Positions 1 through 12,464 of a stretch of DNA of 64,000 bases are shown in pieces; position 1 is the first letter of the stretch; every line of letters starts with the position of its first letter. The notes beneath the pieces are model-generated. The model was not told the origin of the DNA and searched no databases. It was given only the letters and a program-made list of their open reading frames with translations. The DNA is taken from NCBI RefSeq assembly GCF_016432865.1, contig NC_067400.1, forward strand, positions 629,238,001 to 629,302,000, written 5' to 3'. The position numbers and the translations under genes were made by a program. Source of the stretch: Antechinus flavipes. Taxonomy: Eukaryota.

Positions 1-583
1 GGTTATAAAACCTATATTCTCCCCAATTGTAATCCCTTTCTCCCGTCAGATTGTTTTTTTGGCTGATTGATCATATCTGAGCACTTGAACCTCTAAAGAC
101 TCCTTGGGTGTAAACTCAGCTGCCATCATGCTCCAAGTGTTTTTTGCCTGGGGCCGGGCCCCACTTCCCGTTTCCCTGAGCCATTTTGGACATGGGGTTT
201 TGGGTCTTGTCCTCCCACCCTGTTTTCTCACTCTTACCTAGTGATATAATGACTGGCTTATACTCAGTATGATGAATTGATTTAATTGTAATAGAGTATA
301 TAAACTGGGGACAAACTCAGCCATGGAGGAGAAGACTTGACCAGCCTCTGGTGACTTTTCTGCCTCCTGCATTCCTCCACTAAGACCAAGGCCCATCTGA
401 AGGTCCCCTAGAAAGCTAGCCTGGCCCCAAGGGACGGAGACAATAAAGACTTTGGACTTTTAAAAAAAGGGGGGAACGACCATTATTTGTTATAAGAGTA
501 AATCAATAATACTGAACTAGAGAATTATTAATCACTAAGCTAAACTAGATAACCATTGTCTTATCAAGTCCACTGAGTTAACA
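1..583. mobile_element. LTR-like fragment(s)
   Basis: TATAAA near 299, AATAAA at 443-448, then an A/G polypurine run near 452-466 and a TGTTA...TAACA-bounded piece at 488-583. No target-site duplication seen; family not identified. Confidence 0.35.
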
Positions 584-697
584 CCTTTCTCCAGGGTTCT
601 GGCCCACCACACCCCATCACTGGAGGTATTCAAGGGCAGTTGGGACTTGGTGGTTTCCTTTGAAGACTTTACCAGCCTTGAGATTCTCTGATTCTAG

Positions 698-1902
698 GTC
701 TTTTGGAAGAGGGACCTCCCTGGGGAACAAGAGGCAAGTGGTACGAGCCAAGGATTTTAGCAATGACGGGATGTGTATGGTCTTGTGATTCCAGGTTGCA
801 CTTAGAACAGACCATGGCCTCTACAGAGCCTGAGAAAGCGGCAGAGTTAAACCATGAGTGGCTCACCCAACAAGAGGACAAGTCCTTGATGGCTTCAAAG
901 AAGACCAGTTCCAAGCCCACATCCTCCGAATCTACCAAAATGCCCCACGTTTCCACCCAGACCTCCCTCTCCCCATACCCTGAGGCCTCTCCTAACCATC
1001 TTATTAAAGCTTCAGAGCCTTCCCCCTCCCAATCCCCTAAGACCCCACAGCCCTTTCCCTCCCCCACACAGCCCTCCTCCTTCACCAAGGTCCTACAACC
1101 CTTCCCCTCTGCCAAGGTCACACTTGAACAGTCCACCAAAGTGTCACCCCCCCAGGTCACCAGATCCTTACCCAAACAGTCCAAGAAGCCCTCATTCCAT
1201 CCAACTACCAAGACCTCACCTGACCAGTTTACCAAGGACTCAAATGCACACCCCAGGAAGGCCTCAACTGGCCAGGCAGGCAGGTCACACTCCGGTCACT
1301 CCCTTAAGTCCACTGCTGTCTCATTCACACTATACTCTCCAGACTCCACCACTCACTCAAAGGAAGCTTCACTCCACCCGTTTACTAAAGTCTCATCCAA
1401 ACACTCCAAGAAGTCCTCCTTCCACCTCTTTGGCAAAGCTTCACCCAAACACTCCAAGAAGTCCTCCTTCCACCTCTTCACCAAAGCTTCACCCAAACAC
1501 TCCAAGAAGTCCTCCTTCCACCTCTTCACCAAAGTCTCACCCAAACACTCCAAGAAGTCCTCCTTCCACCTCTTCACCAAAGCTTCACCCAAACACTCCA
1601 AGAAGTCCTCCTTCCACCTCTTCACCAAAGCTTCACCCAAACATTCCAAGAAGTCCTCCTTCCACCTCTTCACCAAAGTTTCACCCAAACACTCCAAGAA
1701 GTCCTCCTTCCATCCAACTACCAAGATCTCACCTGACCAATCTACCAAGGACTCAAATGCACACCCCGAGAAGACCTCCCTCGGCCAGGTAGACAGGTCA
1801 CCTTCTAGTCACTCCCTTAAGTCTACTGCTGTCTCACTCACACTGTACTCTCCAGATTCCCCTAGTCACTCAAAGAAGACTGATCAGTCCAAGAAGATCT
1901 AA
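698..1902 (+). CDS. Large Ser/Pro/Lys/Thr-rich repeat-containing exon; candidate GARIN5B/FAM71E2-like from position and strand relative to COX6B2 (synteny inference only)
   Basis: About 400 open codons (ORF 703-1902) after an AG at 696-697; internal in-frame 48-bp repeats; TAA at 1900-1902. Protein not recognised by sequence. Confidence 0.45.
1402..1713 (+). repeat. Coding tandem repeat, 48 bp x ~6.5 (HSKKSSFHLFTK[A/V]SPK)
   Basis: Units start at 1402 and every 48 nt up to 1690. Confidence 0.95.
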
Positions 1903-2931
1903 AAGCCCCCTCCAACAAAACCTCTCCCAGAGCCTTATCCTAACCATCTTGCAGAACTTTACCTATCGGTCCAGAACGGCTTCATCTTACCCATCTACAA
2001 AGGCCTCGTGTCATACCAAGTTGGTGAATCCTGATCAGTCCAATGTGCCAGAGGAGACTCTCTACCCCCAAACTGGGGAGTTCTCTCCATGGGCTCTGGG
2101 ACTCACTCATTGAACATTCTGGAATCAGATTAAGCCTCCACATAAGAAAGTCCAAAGTCCCAAGCCTTTTATCCCTTGCTTTCTCAAGGTCCCAAGTATC
2201 CCACTCCTTAATTCCTCCTAGAGAGCTAAATATTCCTCCCCTTCAACCCTCATTTGTCTCTGAAATCAAATCATCTCTCCCCACATCTCAAGCTCCCCGA
2301 GAGAACAGGGTATCCTTTGTCTTAATCCCATCCTCTTTAAGGACTTAATGGACTAATTGCAACTCTCCTCTCTCAATCCCTCCAGTTTACCTTTGCTCAC
2401 ACCCATGACTCACAACCTCGGTCAAAAATTCCATGGTAGGATCCTGAGTTAAGGTAATGAATGTCATGATCATGACCCTAGAGTCCAAACTTCCATCCCG
2501 TTAACCCTCTCAGACTCAGATACCTAGTCTTCAAATTCCCTTTACTACAACTCGGGGTCTAGGCCAACAGCTCTGTCCTCCTTGAAGACCTTAGGCCACC
2601 AAATCCCTTTACTATGACTTTCCTCTTTAATAGGTACCTTGGTGTTGGGGAGATGCTTTCACTTCCCCTAGCCCACTGGAAGATGAGATCCAAAGATGCT
2701 CTTGGCCTGAAATGTATTTGGGACTGATAAGGGACTTATGGTTCCCAGACCAACCTATTAAAAATCTATGAAGGAGAGAAAGTTGAATGTCTATGTATGT
2801 CTCTCTCTCCCCTATTCCCACTCATGTGTGTGTGTGTTTGAAAAAGCTACATTGACTCGTGGGGCCTAAGCCATGGGGAATAGTAGTAAGAAGAGGGGGA
2901 AATGATTATTTCTTTCTTGTTTTAAACTAAT

Positions 2932-3454
2932 TGTTGAAGCAGAACCAAGGTTTTTTCCTGTTTCTACTTCCTCATTCAGAAATCAACCAATGTGGGAAAT
3001 TTAGGCAAAGGTTTACTCAGGCCAAGATCTCATCAGACAATAAAAGAAATTATAAGTTTAGGGTAACAGGGACTTTACTCGGACAAGTGTTTACTGGGAC
3101 AAATCTGGGAAAATATTGATTATTTTTGTCAGAAAGGTGACATGGAAATTAATCTTTTTGACCAAGATTTGGGTGACTCAACTCAAGTACTCTAAGACCC
3201 TCATTGTAATACAATACAATCTCTCAATTACTGAGAAAATATATTTTCTCATTAATTGTTAACCAATCAAAAATGATTGCCACCCTCAGGAATCCCTGCT
3301 TTTCCAAGGTGATATAAACCGTAAGCTCATGCCATGAGGAATCTTTGGTCTAAGAGACATGCCAAATGATCTTTTATTAATAAATGTTCTGACCTTATTA
3401 ATAAAACAACTCAATTCTCTAGAAACTATGTGTTGCGAACTTTATTAAATATCA
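2932..3454 (+). mobile_element. Putative solo LTR
   Basis: TG...CA ends with CCAAT (~3264), TATA-like GATATAAA (~3311) and AATAAA (~3379, ~3400) in LTR order. No clear TSD. Confidence 0.5.
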
Positions 3455-3689
3455 TAGAACAATGGGCCAAGTCTAGAGACTTGGGTTCAAGACTTGTACA
3501 TTAATTATTTAGATATAAAGGATAATATAAGCAAATCAGGGAAACACAAAAATTTTTAACTGTCAGATCTATGGATAAAGGAAGAATTTATTTCCAAAGA
3601 AGATATAGAGAGCATTATGGGATGTAAAATGGATAGTTTTGATTAAATTTAAAGGTTTTTGTACCCACTTGTACACACAAAAAAACCCA

Positions 3690-3995
3690 AAACAACAATG
3701 CAGCCATGATTAAAGGGAAAGCAGGAAATCATAGGAAAATTAGGCACACTAGTGAATTGCTGGTGGAAGGGTAAAGTGGTACAACCATTCTGGAAAAAAA
3801 GAGAACTAAGCCAAAGGGCTATTGAACTGTGTTTACCCTTTGACTCACCAATAACACTACTGGGTCTGTATCTCAAAAAGATAAGGACTTACATATACAA
3901 AAATACTTATAGCAGTTCTTTTTGTGGTGGCAAAGAATTGGAAATCCAGAGCATAACTATCAACTAGGGAATGGCTGAACAAATTGTGGTATGGT
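3690..3995 (+). mobile_element. Degraded L1 ORF2 3' fragment
   Basis: Motifs such as ccctttgactcaccaataacactactgggtctgtatc parallel the L1 copies at 5860-5900 and 22900-22950. Confidence 0.7.
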
Positions 3996-5040
3996 CAGTG
4001 GTTTTCCTTCACACTCAAAGAGGACCAAAATAATGTCGCTATGTCAGAGTCAAGGTATGATATATTTGTGACTGGACAGAGCAATATGAGTTTGAAAGGC
4101 TCTATCACAAGCTAGGGACAAATACTCCATATGGTAATTTGGGGTGGCTTCTCTAACTTTGCACATCTCACCTTCCCTTTGTATAGGGTCAACCTGTTAA
4201 GGAGGATTCTGGCAAGAATTTTGCCAGCAAGGATTAAGAGAGAATCCCCCTCTGCCTACTCTCCCCCCCCCCACTCTGCCTTATGATTGTCACAGCACAA
4301 TCTATTCTCTTTACCTTTATAATGATGGACTATGGAGATATCCTTGAACTCTTGGTGCATAACTTCCTCTTACCATATGATCTGGAAGATTTCGGTCAGT
4401 TTTTGTATGAGCAATGGACCCCTCCTGCCTTGTAAATCTCAGCTGGTATAGAATCAGCACCCAATGATCTATTGCACGAAAGTAGGATAATGGCCTTCAA
4501 AACTAATTCAGTTGGAGCTTCAGCTAGGGAGCGATTGCTTTCAACTTGAGGTAAACAGTCAATAGCTTCAGCATTGCTTGATGACAGTCTGTTGAGAACA
4601 TTATGGAAGTGTTCAGTCCATCTCTCTAGGATCAGGCCCTTATCACTAATCAGTGTGGCACCATTAGCACTGAGTAGTTGAGATGCATTAGCATCTTCTG
4701 AATTTCCCTATCATTTTCATCAAACCAGTCTTGAAGTTTGTGATTGTTCTGACCCAGATGAGCAACTGCAGTACTGTACACCAAATCTCTGAAAGTTGCT
4801 CACTCTTTTTCTGCTCCATTGTTGCCAACTGTGTGTCAACTCAACTCACTCTCCAAGTTGGCAACAAATGGTTCCCTCTCAGAAAAGCCCTCTAATCTAT
4901 CACCATTAATTCTTCTAATAACCTTTTTGTCTTGGAGCTGCCATATCTGTTGAATGAAAATATTCAGCTTGGAGAGGATAAGGCTTTGATCAGTCCAGCA
5001 CTCTGCACTTCACATTGCCTTTATCACTCTTACATTCTAT
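3996..5040 (-). mobile_element. RTE-clade LINE fragment (3' end and RT region)
   Basis: RTE-like tail (caaagaggaccaaaat...) and decayed RT-like sequence; family recalled from memory. Confidence 0.55.
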
Positions 5041-5124
5041 CTATCTCTTCTCCTTATAATCACAGGGAAAAATAGTCAATGATTGTAGTCATCTAGGGTT
5101 TGACAAACCTAAAGACCCCAGCTT

Positions 5125-6615
5125 CTGGAATAAGAACTCAGTATTTGACAAAAACTGCTGGGAAAATTGGAAATTAGTTTGGCAGAAACTAGGTATTGAC
5201 CCACACCTAACACCATATACCAAGATAAGGTCAAAATGGGTTTATGATGTAGATATAAAGAATGATATAAGCAAATTAGAAGAACAAAGGATAGTTTACC
5301 TCACAGATTTCTGGAGAAGGCAGGAATTTGTGACCAAAGAAGACATAGAGCTCATTATTGAACATAAAATATATAATTTTTATTATATTAAGTTTAAAAG
5401 TTTTTGTACGAACAAAACTAATATAGACAAGATTAGAAGGGAAGCAATAAATTGGGAAAACATTTTTACATTTAAAGGTTCAGATAAAGGCCTCATTTCT
5501 AAAATATATAGAGAATTTACTCAAATTTATAAAAATTCAAGCCATTCTCCAACTGATAAATGGTCAAAGGATACAAACAGACAATTTTCAGATGAAGAAA
5601 TTAAAACCATTTCTAGTCATGTGAAAAGGTGCTCCAAATCAGTATTGATCAGATAAATGCAAATTAAGACAACTCTGAGATACCACTACACACCTGTCAG
5701 ATTGGCTAAAATGACAGGAAAAGATAATGATGAACATTGGAGGGAATATGGGAAAATTGTTATAACTACTATATTGTTGGTGGAATTTGGAACTGATCCA
5801 GCCATTCTGGAGAGCAATTTGGAACTGTGCTCAAAAAGTTATCAAAATGTGTGTCCCTTTGATCCAGCAGTGTTCCTACTGGGTTTGCATTCTAAAGAGA
5901 TCTTACAGGAGGGAAAGGGACCCACATGTGCAAAAATGTTTGTGGCAGCCCTTTTCATTGTGGCAAGAAACTGGAAACTGAGTGGATGTTTTGAGCCATT
6001 TTGAGAATGGTTGAATAAGTTATGGTTTATGAATGTTATGGAATATTGTTGTTCTATAAGAAATGATCAGCAGGATGAATTCAGAAAAGACTGGAGAGAC
6101 CTACATGAACTGATGCTGAGTGAAATGAGCAGAACCAGGAGATCATTGTACACAACACCAAGATTATATAATGATCAATTCTAATGGATGTGGTTCTTTC
6201 TAACAATGAGATGACTGAGACCAATTCCAATGATCTTGGATGAAAAGAGTCATCAATACCTAGAGAGAGACAACTGTGAGAACTGAGTGTGGATCACAAT
6301 ATAGCATTTTCACTTCCTTTGTTGTTGCTTGAATTTTATTTTCTTTCTCATTTTTCTTTTTTTTAATCAGATTTTTCTTGTGCAGCAAAATAATTATACA
6401 AATATGTATGCATATATTTAATTTTCATATTTTCCCCCATGTTGAACATATATTATATTACTTGCCATCTAGAGAAGGGGATGGGGGAAGGGAGGGAAAT
6501 TGGAACACAAGGTTTTGCAAAGGTCAGTGTTGAAAAATTGTCCTTGCATATGTTTTGAAAATTAAAAACTTCAATAAAAAATTTAGAAAATTAAAAAAAC
6601 TACAAAGAAAAAAAA
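5125..6615 (+). mobile_element. 5'-truncated L1 (ORF2 C-terminus, 3' UTR, A-rich tail)
   Basis: ORF2-like peptides (MQIKTTLRYHYTPVRLAKM, PFDPAVFLLGL), G-rich 3' UTR, AATAAA and A-rich tail at ~6570-6615. Confidence 0.92.
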
Positions 6616-6914
6616 TGATTTCACTACCTGCCTCATCTGCCAGGGTTGGGTAAGCAGAAGGTGCTTACCACACCTTTGCTAAATCCTTCCTCACATCCAT
6701 GGAAGGCTGCTCACACACCCAGGGGCCTACCCAATCCCACTGTGCTTCCAGTGAGAAGACAACCATAAGGCCTAGGCTGCCTATAGGGAGAAATGTAGAT
6801 AACAGCTTCCAGCATAGCTGCACCTGCTGTTTCATCACTTGCCAATCCCAACAGGATTTTGAGGTAAGTCAAAAATGGGTGATGGCTTTTGATTCATGTG
6901 TAAATTGTATTTAA

Positions 6915-7365
6915 GTGAGGCAGAGTCCTGCAGAGTTATCAGCCTCACTCTTTCTAGCAGAGTCATCTAAGGTCCAGTGGCGAGACAAAAGTTACGACGA
7001 TGGGTGAAGGCTCCGGATGCAATGGATGTCCTTGCCATCTTCAACATGTAAAAGAGTTCTAAGTGCTCCACAGTGCCTACTTCAGTCACCTTCATGTACA
7101 CTGGAACAAATTGTTCTCATCCATCCTTTCCACTAGGGGAAATTTTCACATGTTTGAGGTAGTCATCCCTATAATTTACTAACAGGTTTGAAGCTCCATC
7201 AACTTGTCAATCTGTCAAAAACAATTTCTGGCTCCTAAACACGCTACAGATTTTTAATTCACAGGTAAGAATTAGGTGGCAGGTGTACACCAAAAGTGAA
7301 AAGTATCCCTGAAGAGGCCTCAATAGCCCTTATACCAGAGGTATTAGCCCTCCCTGAACATCTGC
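6915..7365 (-). mobile_element. RTE-related SINE / non-autonomous element
   Basis: Reverse-complement similarity to the element at 56290-56750 (cagcctcact..., gtccagtggcgagacaaaag). Confidence 0.6.
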
Positions 7366-7432
7366 ACATCTCACAAATTGTGTTATATGATTAGGATAGA
7401 AAACTATTAGGCTAAAAGAAATTATGAGCAAA

Positions 7433-8060
7433 ATGCTTTCAGAATAAAACCTGGAAAGACTTTTGTGAACTGATATAAAGTAAGGGGAGCAGAGCCAGGA
7501 GAACATTGTATATAGTAAGAGTTACATTGTATAATGGCCTACATGGATAACTTAGCTATGCAGAATGCTTTCAGAAAAAAACCTGGAAAGATTTAAGGGA
7601 ACTGATACAAAGTAAGGGGAGCAGAGCCAGGAGAACATTGTATATAGTAAGAGTTACATTGTATAATGGCCTACATGGATAACTTAGCTATGCAGAATGC
7701 TTTCAGAAAAAAACCTGGAAAGACTTAATGAACTGATACAAAGTAAGGGGAGCAGAGCCAGGAGAACATTGTATATAGTAAGAGTAACATTGTATAATGA
7801 CCTACATGGATAACTTAGCTATGCAGAATGCTTTCAGAAAAAAACCAGAAAAGACTTAAGTGAACCGATGCAAAGTAAGGTGAACAGAAGCATTAAGAGT
7901 AACATTTTATAATCATCTACATAGCTGTGCAGAATGCTTTCAGAAAAAAAAAATCTGGAAAGACTTAGAATGCAATGTAAATTGAGCAGAGCCGAGAGAA
8001 CATTGTATACAGTAACATAATATTGTGTAATCATCTACAAGGGTAACTTAGCTATGCTCA
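7433..8060 (+). repeat. L1-3'-derived tandem repeat, ~132 bp x ~5
   Basis: atgctttcag recurs at 7433, 7565, 7697, 7828, 7934. Confidence 0.9.
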
Positions 8061-9133
8061 GCAATATAGTAAAGGACGTATGATGAAAAGTGTTCTTCAC
8101 CTTCAGAGAAAGAGTTGGTAGAATAAATGCAGATCAAACAATGCTTTTTCAAACTTTTTTTTTCTGGGTTTTTTGGGTTTGTTTTCTGGAAATTTTGTAT
8201 AGCTGCGTATGTATTACCTATATCAAATTCTTTCCTTCAAGGAAGGGGAAGGGCAGGGAAGCAAAGAGAGAACTTGCAACTCAACATTTTCAGAAATGAA
8301 TGCTAAAAAATTTACATATAATTGGGGAAAATAAAATAGAGCAAAAATATCACCTATACAACTTTGAGAAAGAAAAAAGATTTGTATGGTTTTTTTTAAG
8401 GCTACAGATCTTCATCAGTTCTGAAAATAAGGAAAACATGTGTAGAGACTGACACTTAATATGAGATTTTTCATCTTCTGCCACAGCTGAATGACTGAAG
8501 AATGATGTGGCCATGAATGTAGACGAAATGGACATGTAGGCCGATGTGAACCAAAAGCAAATGGAGACCAGTGTGGGCCAAATGGAAACATAGGCCAATG
8601 CACAAGAAACTCAGCAGTCAATATAGACTGAAAAAGTAATGTGGAAAAAAAATCAAAGCTAAGTCATGTGACATGAAAGATCTAGGAAAAGACTAAAGAC
8701 GCTTTGAGTTTGGGGACATTAATTGCTATTTTAAAAAACTTTAACATGAAGTGCAAAAATCAGAAGCACTATTTGAAAGATCTGAGGAAGACATTTTGAG
8801 AAAACGAATTATTTTTCGGAGAAAACATCCTGAGGAGAGTCTTTAGGCCCCCTTCTGAGTCAATCGAGTTTCACTGAGCTGTGATTTCTGTGCTTTGGCA
8901 AAGATAGCAATGGCCACCAATGCTTGGAGATGACACAAGCTGTGACCTTTCTCATCGCTGATACATTGGTCAAATATGCATATCTTTACAGTTTGGCAAT
9001 AACTGTTGTTGTTAATAAGTCATCTAGCTAGTCATGTTGATGTTTCCTAAACCTCAGATGCCACAAATTGGTACTGAAAAAAAAGAGAGAGAAAAGTTTG
9101 GGTGTTTTCACAAATAAAAATGTGGGAAGCTTT

Positions 9134-9432
9134 TTACTCATTTTCTTCCCTCAGTCTAGCATTTGGATTAGTGATCTTGATGGCTAACTGAGCTGCTCTC
9201 TCAACAATGACTTTCCGATTCTCAGAGAAAATATTGGGAGCCATCTCAGCACAGTAAGATTTGTTGCACATCGGGAGCCCTCCTAGCTCTTTGTGCACTC
9301 AAAACTTCCGGAATCCACTTGATAACATGTGTTTTGTCTTCTTATTGCTTCCATAACCGATCCTGAACGTCAAGATCTGGCCCTTGAATCATCTTCGCGC
9401 TGTTATAAAAGCCTCTTGATTTACGCCAGTAA
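9134..9432 (-). pseudogene. RPL32: Processed pseudogene of ribosomal protein L32
   Basis: Minus strand reads [80 protein letters not shown] (stop 9134-9136). Intronless, with frameshifts. Confidence 0.9.
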
Positions 9433-10099
9433 GAGAAAAAGGTTATGAGAACATAGATCTCTTCAGTTTTTCTAACACGAGAACAGAGGTTCCGAGCTTA
9501 TTTATTCAATTAACGGGAGATTTTACAGTTTGATTTATGAGGTAATATCAGACAGTTAAGAAACATTCATTTGACTTACTGTGTCCCTGTCATTAAGCTA
9601 AGCAATCAAAGATACAAAGAAAAGCAAAACCCAGCGGTCCCTGATCTCAAAGAGCTTTCATTTTTATGGGAAAAACAACATGTAAGTAGCTAGGTTATAT
9701 AAGATAGACACAGAGTAGATGAAGGAAATCCGAAAAGGGGAAGACATCAGTTGTTGAGGAGGACCAGAAAAAGCCTCCTACAGAAAGCAGGATTAGAGCT
9801 AAGGCTTGATGGAAGCCAAGTAAACAATCACACGGAGGTGTGGGGAAGAGCATTCTGGGATTAGGAAAAATCTGGCTGCTGCAAAGGCTGGGAGGTGAAT
9901 GAGATGTTCTAAGCAGTATCTGAAAGCAGACCCGTGGAGCTGGATCTCAGGGGAGCAGGAGATATAAGAGAAAATGCAAGTGACAAAAGCAGGCTCGAAA
10001 GGTTGGAAAAAGCCAAAATAATGGTGCTGCTTTAAATGCCAAACCAAAAATTTATATATGTATTTTTTCATGAAATATTTCCCAAATACATGGAAAAAC

Positions 10100-10493
10100 C
10101 TTTTCTTTCTTTTTCTTTTTTATTATAATAGCGTTTTATTTACAAAACATATGCACGGGTAATTTTGCAACACTGACCCTTGCAAAACGTGTTCCAACTT
10201 TTCCCCACCCCCTCCCCTAGATGGCAGGTAGTTAATCCATGTTAAATCTGTTAAAGTATATGTTAAATACGACATAGGTGTACGTATTTATACAGTTATC
10301 TTGCTGCACAAGAAAAATCGGATCTAGAAAAAAAAAGGGGGGGAAACTGAGAAGGAAAACAAAAACGCAAGCAGACAATAACAGAAAGTGAAAATGCGAT
10401 GTTGTGGTTCATACATTTCCCATAGTCCTCTCTCTGGGTATAGATGGCACTCTTCATTAATGAACCATTGGAACGGAAAACCTTTTATTTAAA
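10100..10493 (-). mobile_element. L1 3' UTR fragment
   Basis: Reverse complement of the L1 3' UTR seen at 6200-6560. Confidence 0.75.
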
Positions 10494-10578
10494 CATTAGG
10501 ATTTGAGAGGAGAGAAAGAATTTGATATTTTTTAAATTTTTAAATAAAAGGTTTTCCGTTCCAATGGTTCATTAATGA
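10454..10578. repeat. Perfect 40-bp inverted repeat, 45-nt spacer
   Basis: 10454-10493 is the exact reverse complement of 10539-10578. Confidence 0.95.
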
Positions 10579-10580
10579 TC

Positions 10581-10657
10581 TAGTCTCAGACACTTAACAC
10601 TTCCTAGCTGTGTGACCTTGAGCAAGTCACTTAACCCCAATTGCCTCAGCAAAAAAA
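10581..10657 (+). mobile_element. SINE 3' half (WSINE/CORE type)
   Basis: tcagacacttaacacttcctagctgtgtgaccttgagcaagtcacttaac followed by an A tail. Confidence 0.8.
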
Positions 10658-10667
10658 GAGAATACAT

Positions 10668-10670
<3 letters not shown>

Positions 10671-10706
<36 letters not shown>
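10671..10706. repeat. (GA)18 microsatellite
   Basis: Direct reading. Confidence 0.95.
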
Positions 10707-10709
<3 letters not shown>

Positions 10710-11104
10710 AAAAAGTCTACTTCACTCTGCATTCAGAGTTTATCAATTCTCTCTGGAGGTGGAGACCATTTTTCAGCATTAGTTCTTTGGAACTGTCTTG
10801 AGCAGAGGCTTGATTGTTTCAGACGATCACTGTGACGATGTGGCTAGTCATGTGTTCAGTGTTTTCCTGGTTCTTTGCTTCAGTCACATAATGACTTCCC
10901 GGATTTTTCTGAAACCATCCTACTGGTCATTTTTGACAGCACAAACAGAACTCCGTTGCAACCATTTAGCACGACTCGTTCCGCCAACCCTCAGCTAATG
11001 GGCACCCCTTCAATTTCCAGTTCTTTGCCACCACAAAAGAACTACCCCAAATAGTTTGGCACAAATAGGAAGGGCTTTAATTTTGATCTTGCAGGTAATT
11101 AGTA

Positions 11105-11222
11105 GGGAGAATACCGGGGCACTAGCCCTGAAGTCAGGAGGACCCGCGTTCAATTTGCCCTCAGACACTTAACACTTCCTAACCGTGTGACCCTGGGCAA
11201 GTCACTTAACCTCAATTGCTTC
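11105..11222 (+). mobile_element. tRNA-derived SINE (WSINE type)
   Basis: B-box-like gttcaat and CORE tail. Confidence 0.85.
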
Positions 11223-11759
11223 GGAAATATAAATGAATGAATGAATGAAATACTATTAAGTACCCCCCCCTCCCCCCAAAAAAAGTCTTCAGCTGTTCCT
11301 GCTGAGAATTTGGATTAATTATGAATCTCAGTAACCTCAAAGCATCTGGGTCAGGAGAAACCAATTCCCATCTGAACATGTGTGGTTGGTTTTCTCCTTC
11401 ATGACTGAGTTGCTTTAAACTCCATACATTTCCCATAGTCCTCTCTCTGGGTAGACATGGCACTCTTCATTGATGAACATCAATGATCGGGGTTCCCAGC
11501 CTGGATTCTGTTTATACTCTAAGCAAAAATGAGGTCTCCCGGTGGGGTGGGGTCCATCCCAAAGGTAAGTGCCTGGAGGACTAGGAGCAATCTCATCAGT
11601 CAGGCATGTCGTGCAGAGACTGACTTTTTCAGGAACCGGACCTTAACAGAACCAGGAGGGGAAAGAGTAGATCACAAACTAGTAATCAGTTATTAACCTA
11701 AGAGTATAATATTCATGTCTCTCAGTAGATAATGGAGCTCACTGGGGAAGAGGGAAAAG

Positions 11760-12280
11760 GGAGATTGGGGTGAGACATGGTCCAGTTCATGCCGTAGAAA
11801 AATTACCTTGAAAGTTGGGTGGAGAATAGATTGCAATAAAGAAAGACTTGAGAAAGAAAGCACAGGAGAGAAGCGATAAGGCCTCGAACTAGGTTGTGGC
11901 TGCTCGAGCGGAAGGAACACGGGGAAATACGAGGTAATCCGAACACGGAAATAAGAAAAACGGCACTGAATTGGATATAGAGGGGAAGGGATAGAAGAAG
12001 GAGAACCCAGCTCGGCTCTGCGGATGTGGGTGACGTAGCCACCAAACGATGGTGGCAAAAGTCGGGGCTCGGTCATGGGACACGTTCACCGAGGCCATTC
12101 TCGGGCAAAAAGTAGATTTCCTTCGGGGACTAGGTTACAGACAAAGTGAAGGGACACAGAGACACCAGAAATGGTAAATAGGAAATAGAGTTGAGAGAGC
12201 ATAGGAAAGACGAGTTCCTCAATGGAAGTCATAATTACCCAGGAGGTTGGGGCGTGCCCTTAGATGGCAGGAAAACCCCC
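11760..12280 (-). mobile_element. Old L2-like LINE fragment
   Basis: ggtggagaatagattg...aggcctcgaactaggttgtggc resembles the antisense L2 3' region as recalled. Confidence 0.55.
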
Positions 12281-12464
12281 AAAAGGGACTCAGAACCCTA
12301 AAAGAGTTTAAGGAGGACAAGGGGGTTGGGAAGCACAGTGGAGTTAGGGGAGCTACCCCGATGCATGGGGGAGGGGTAAGGAGAAAGATACCACATACAA
12401 AAAGGAGAAGCTGGCAGATGAGGAAAATGATGTACATAAAACTTCCATGGGTTCTAGCAAGATT

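Noticed and set aside
669-1748. Minus-strand ORFs 669-1235 and 1353-1748, and plus ORF 1124-1792
   Set aside because: Shadow frames of the 48-bp repeat exon with no independent support.
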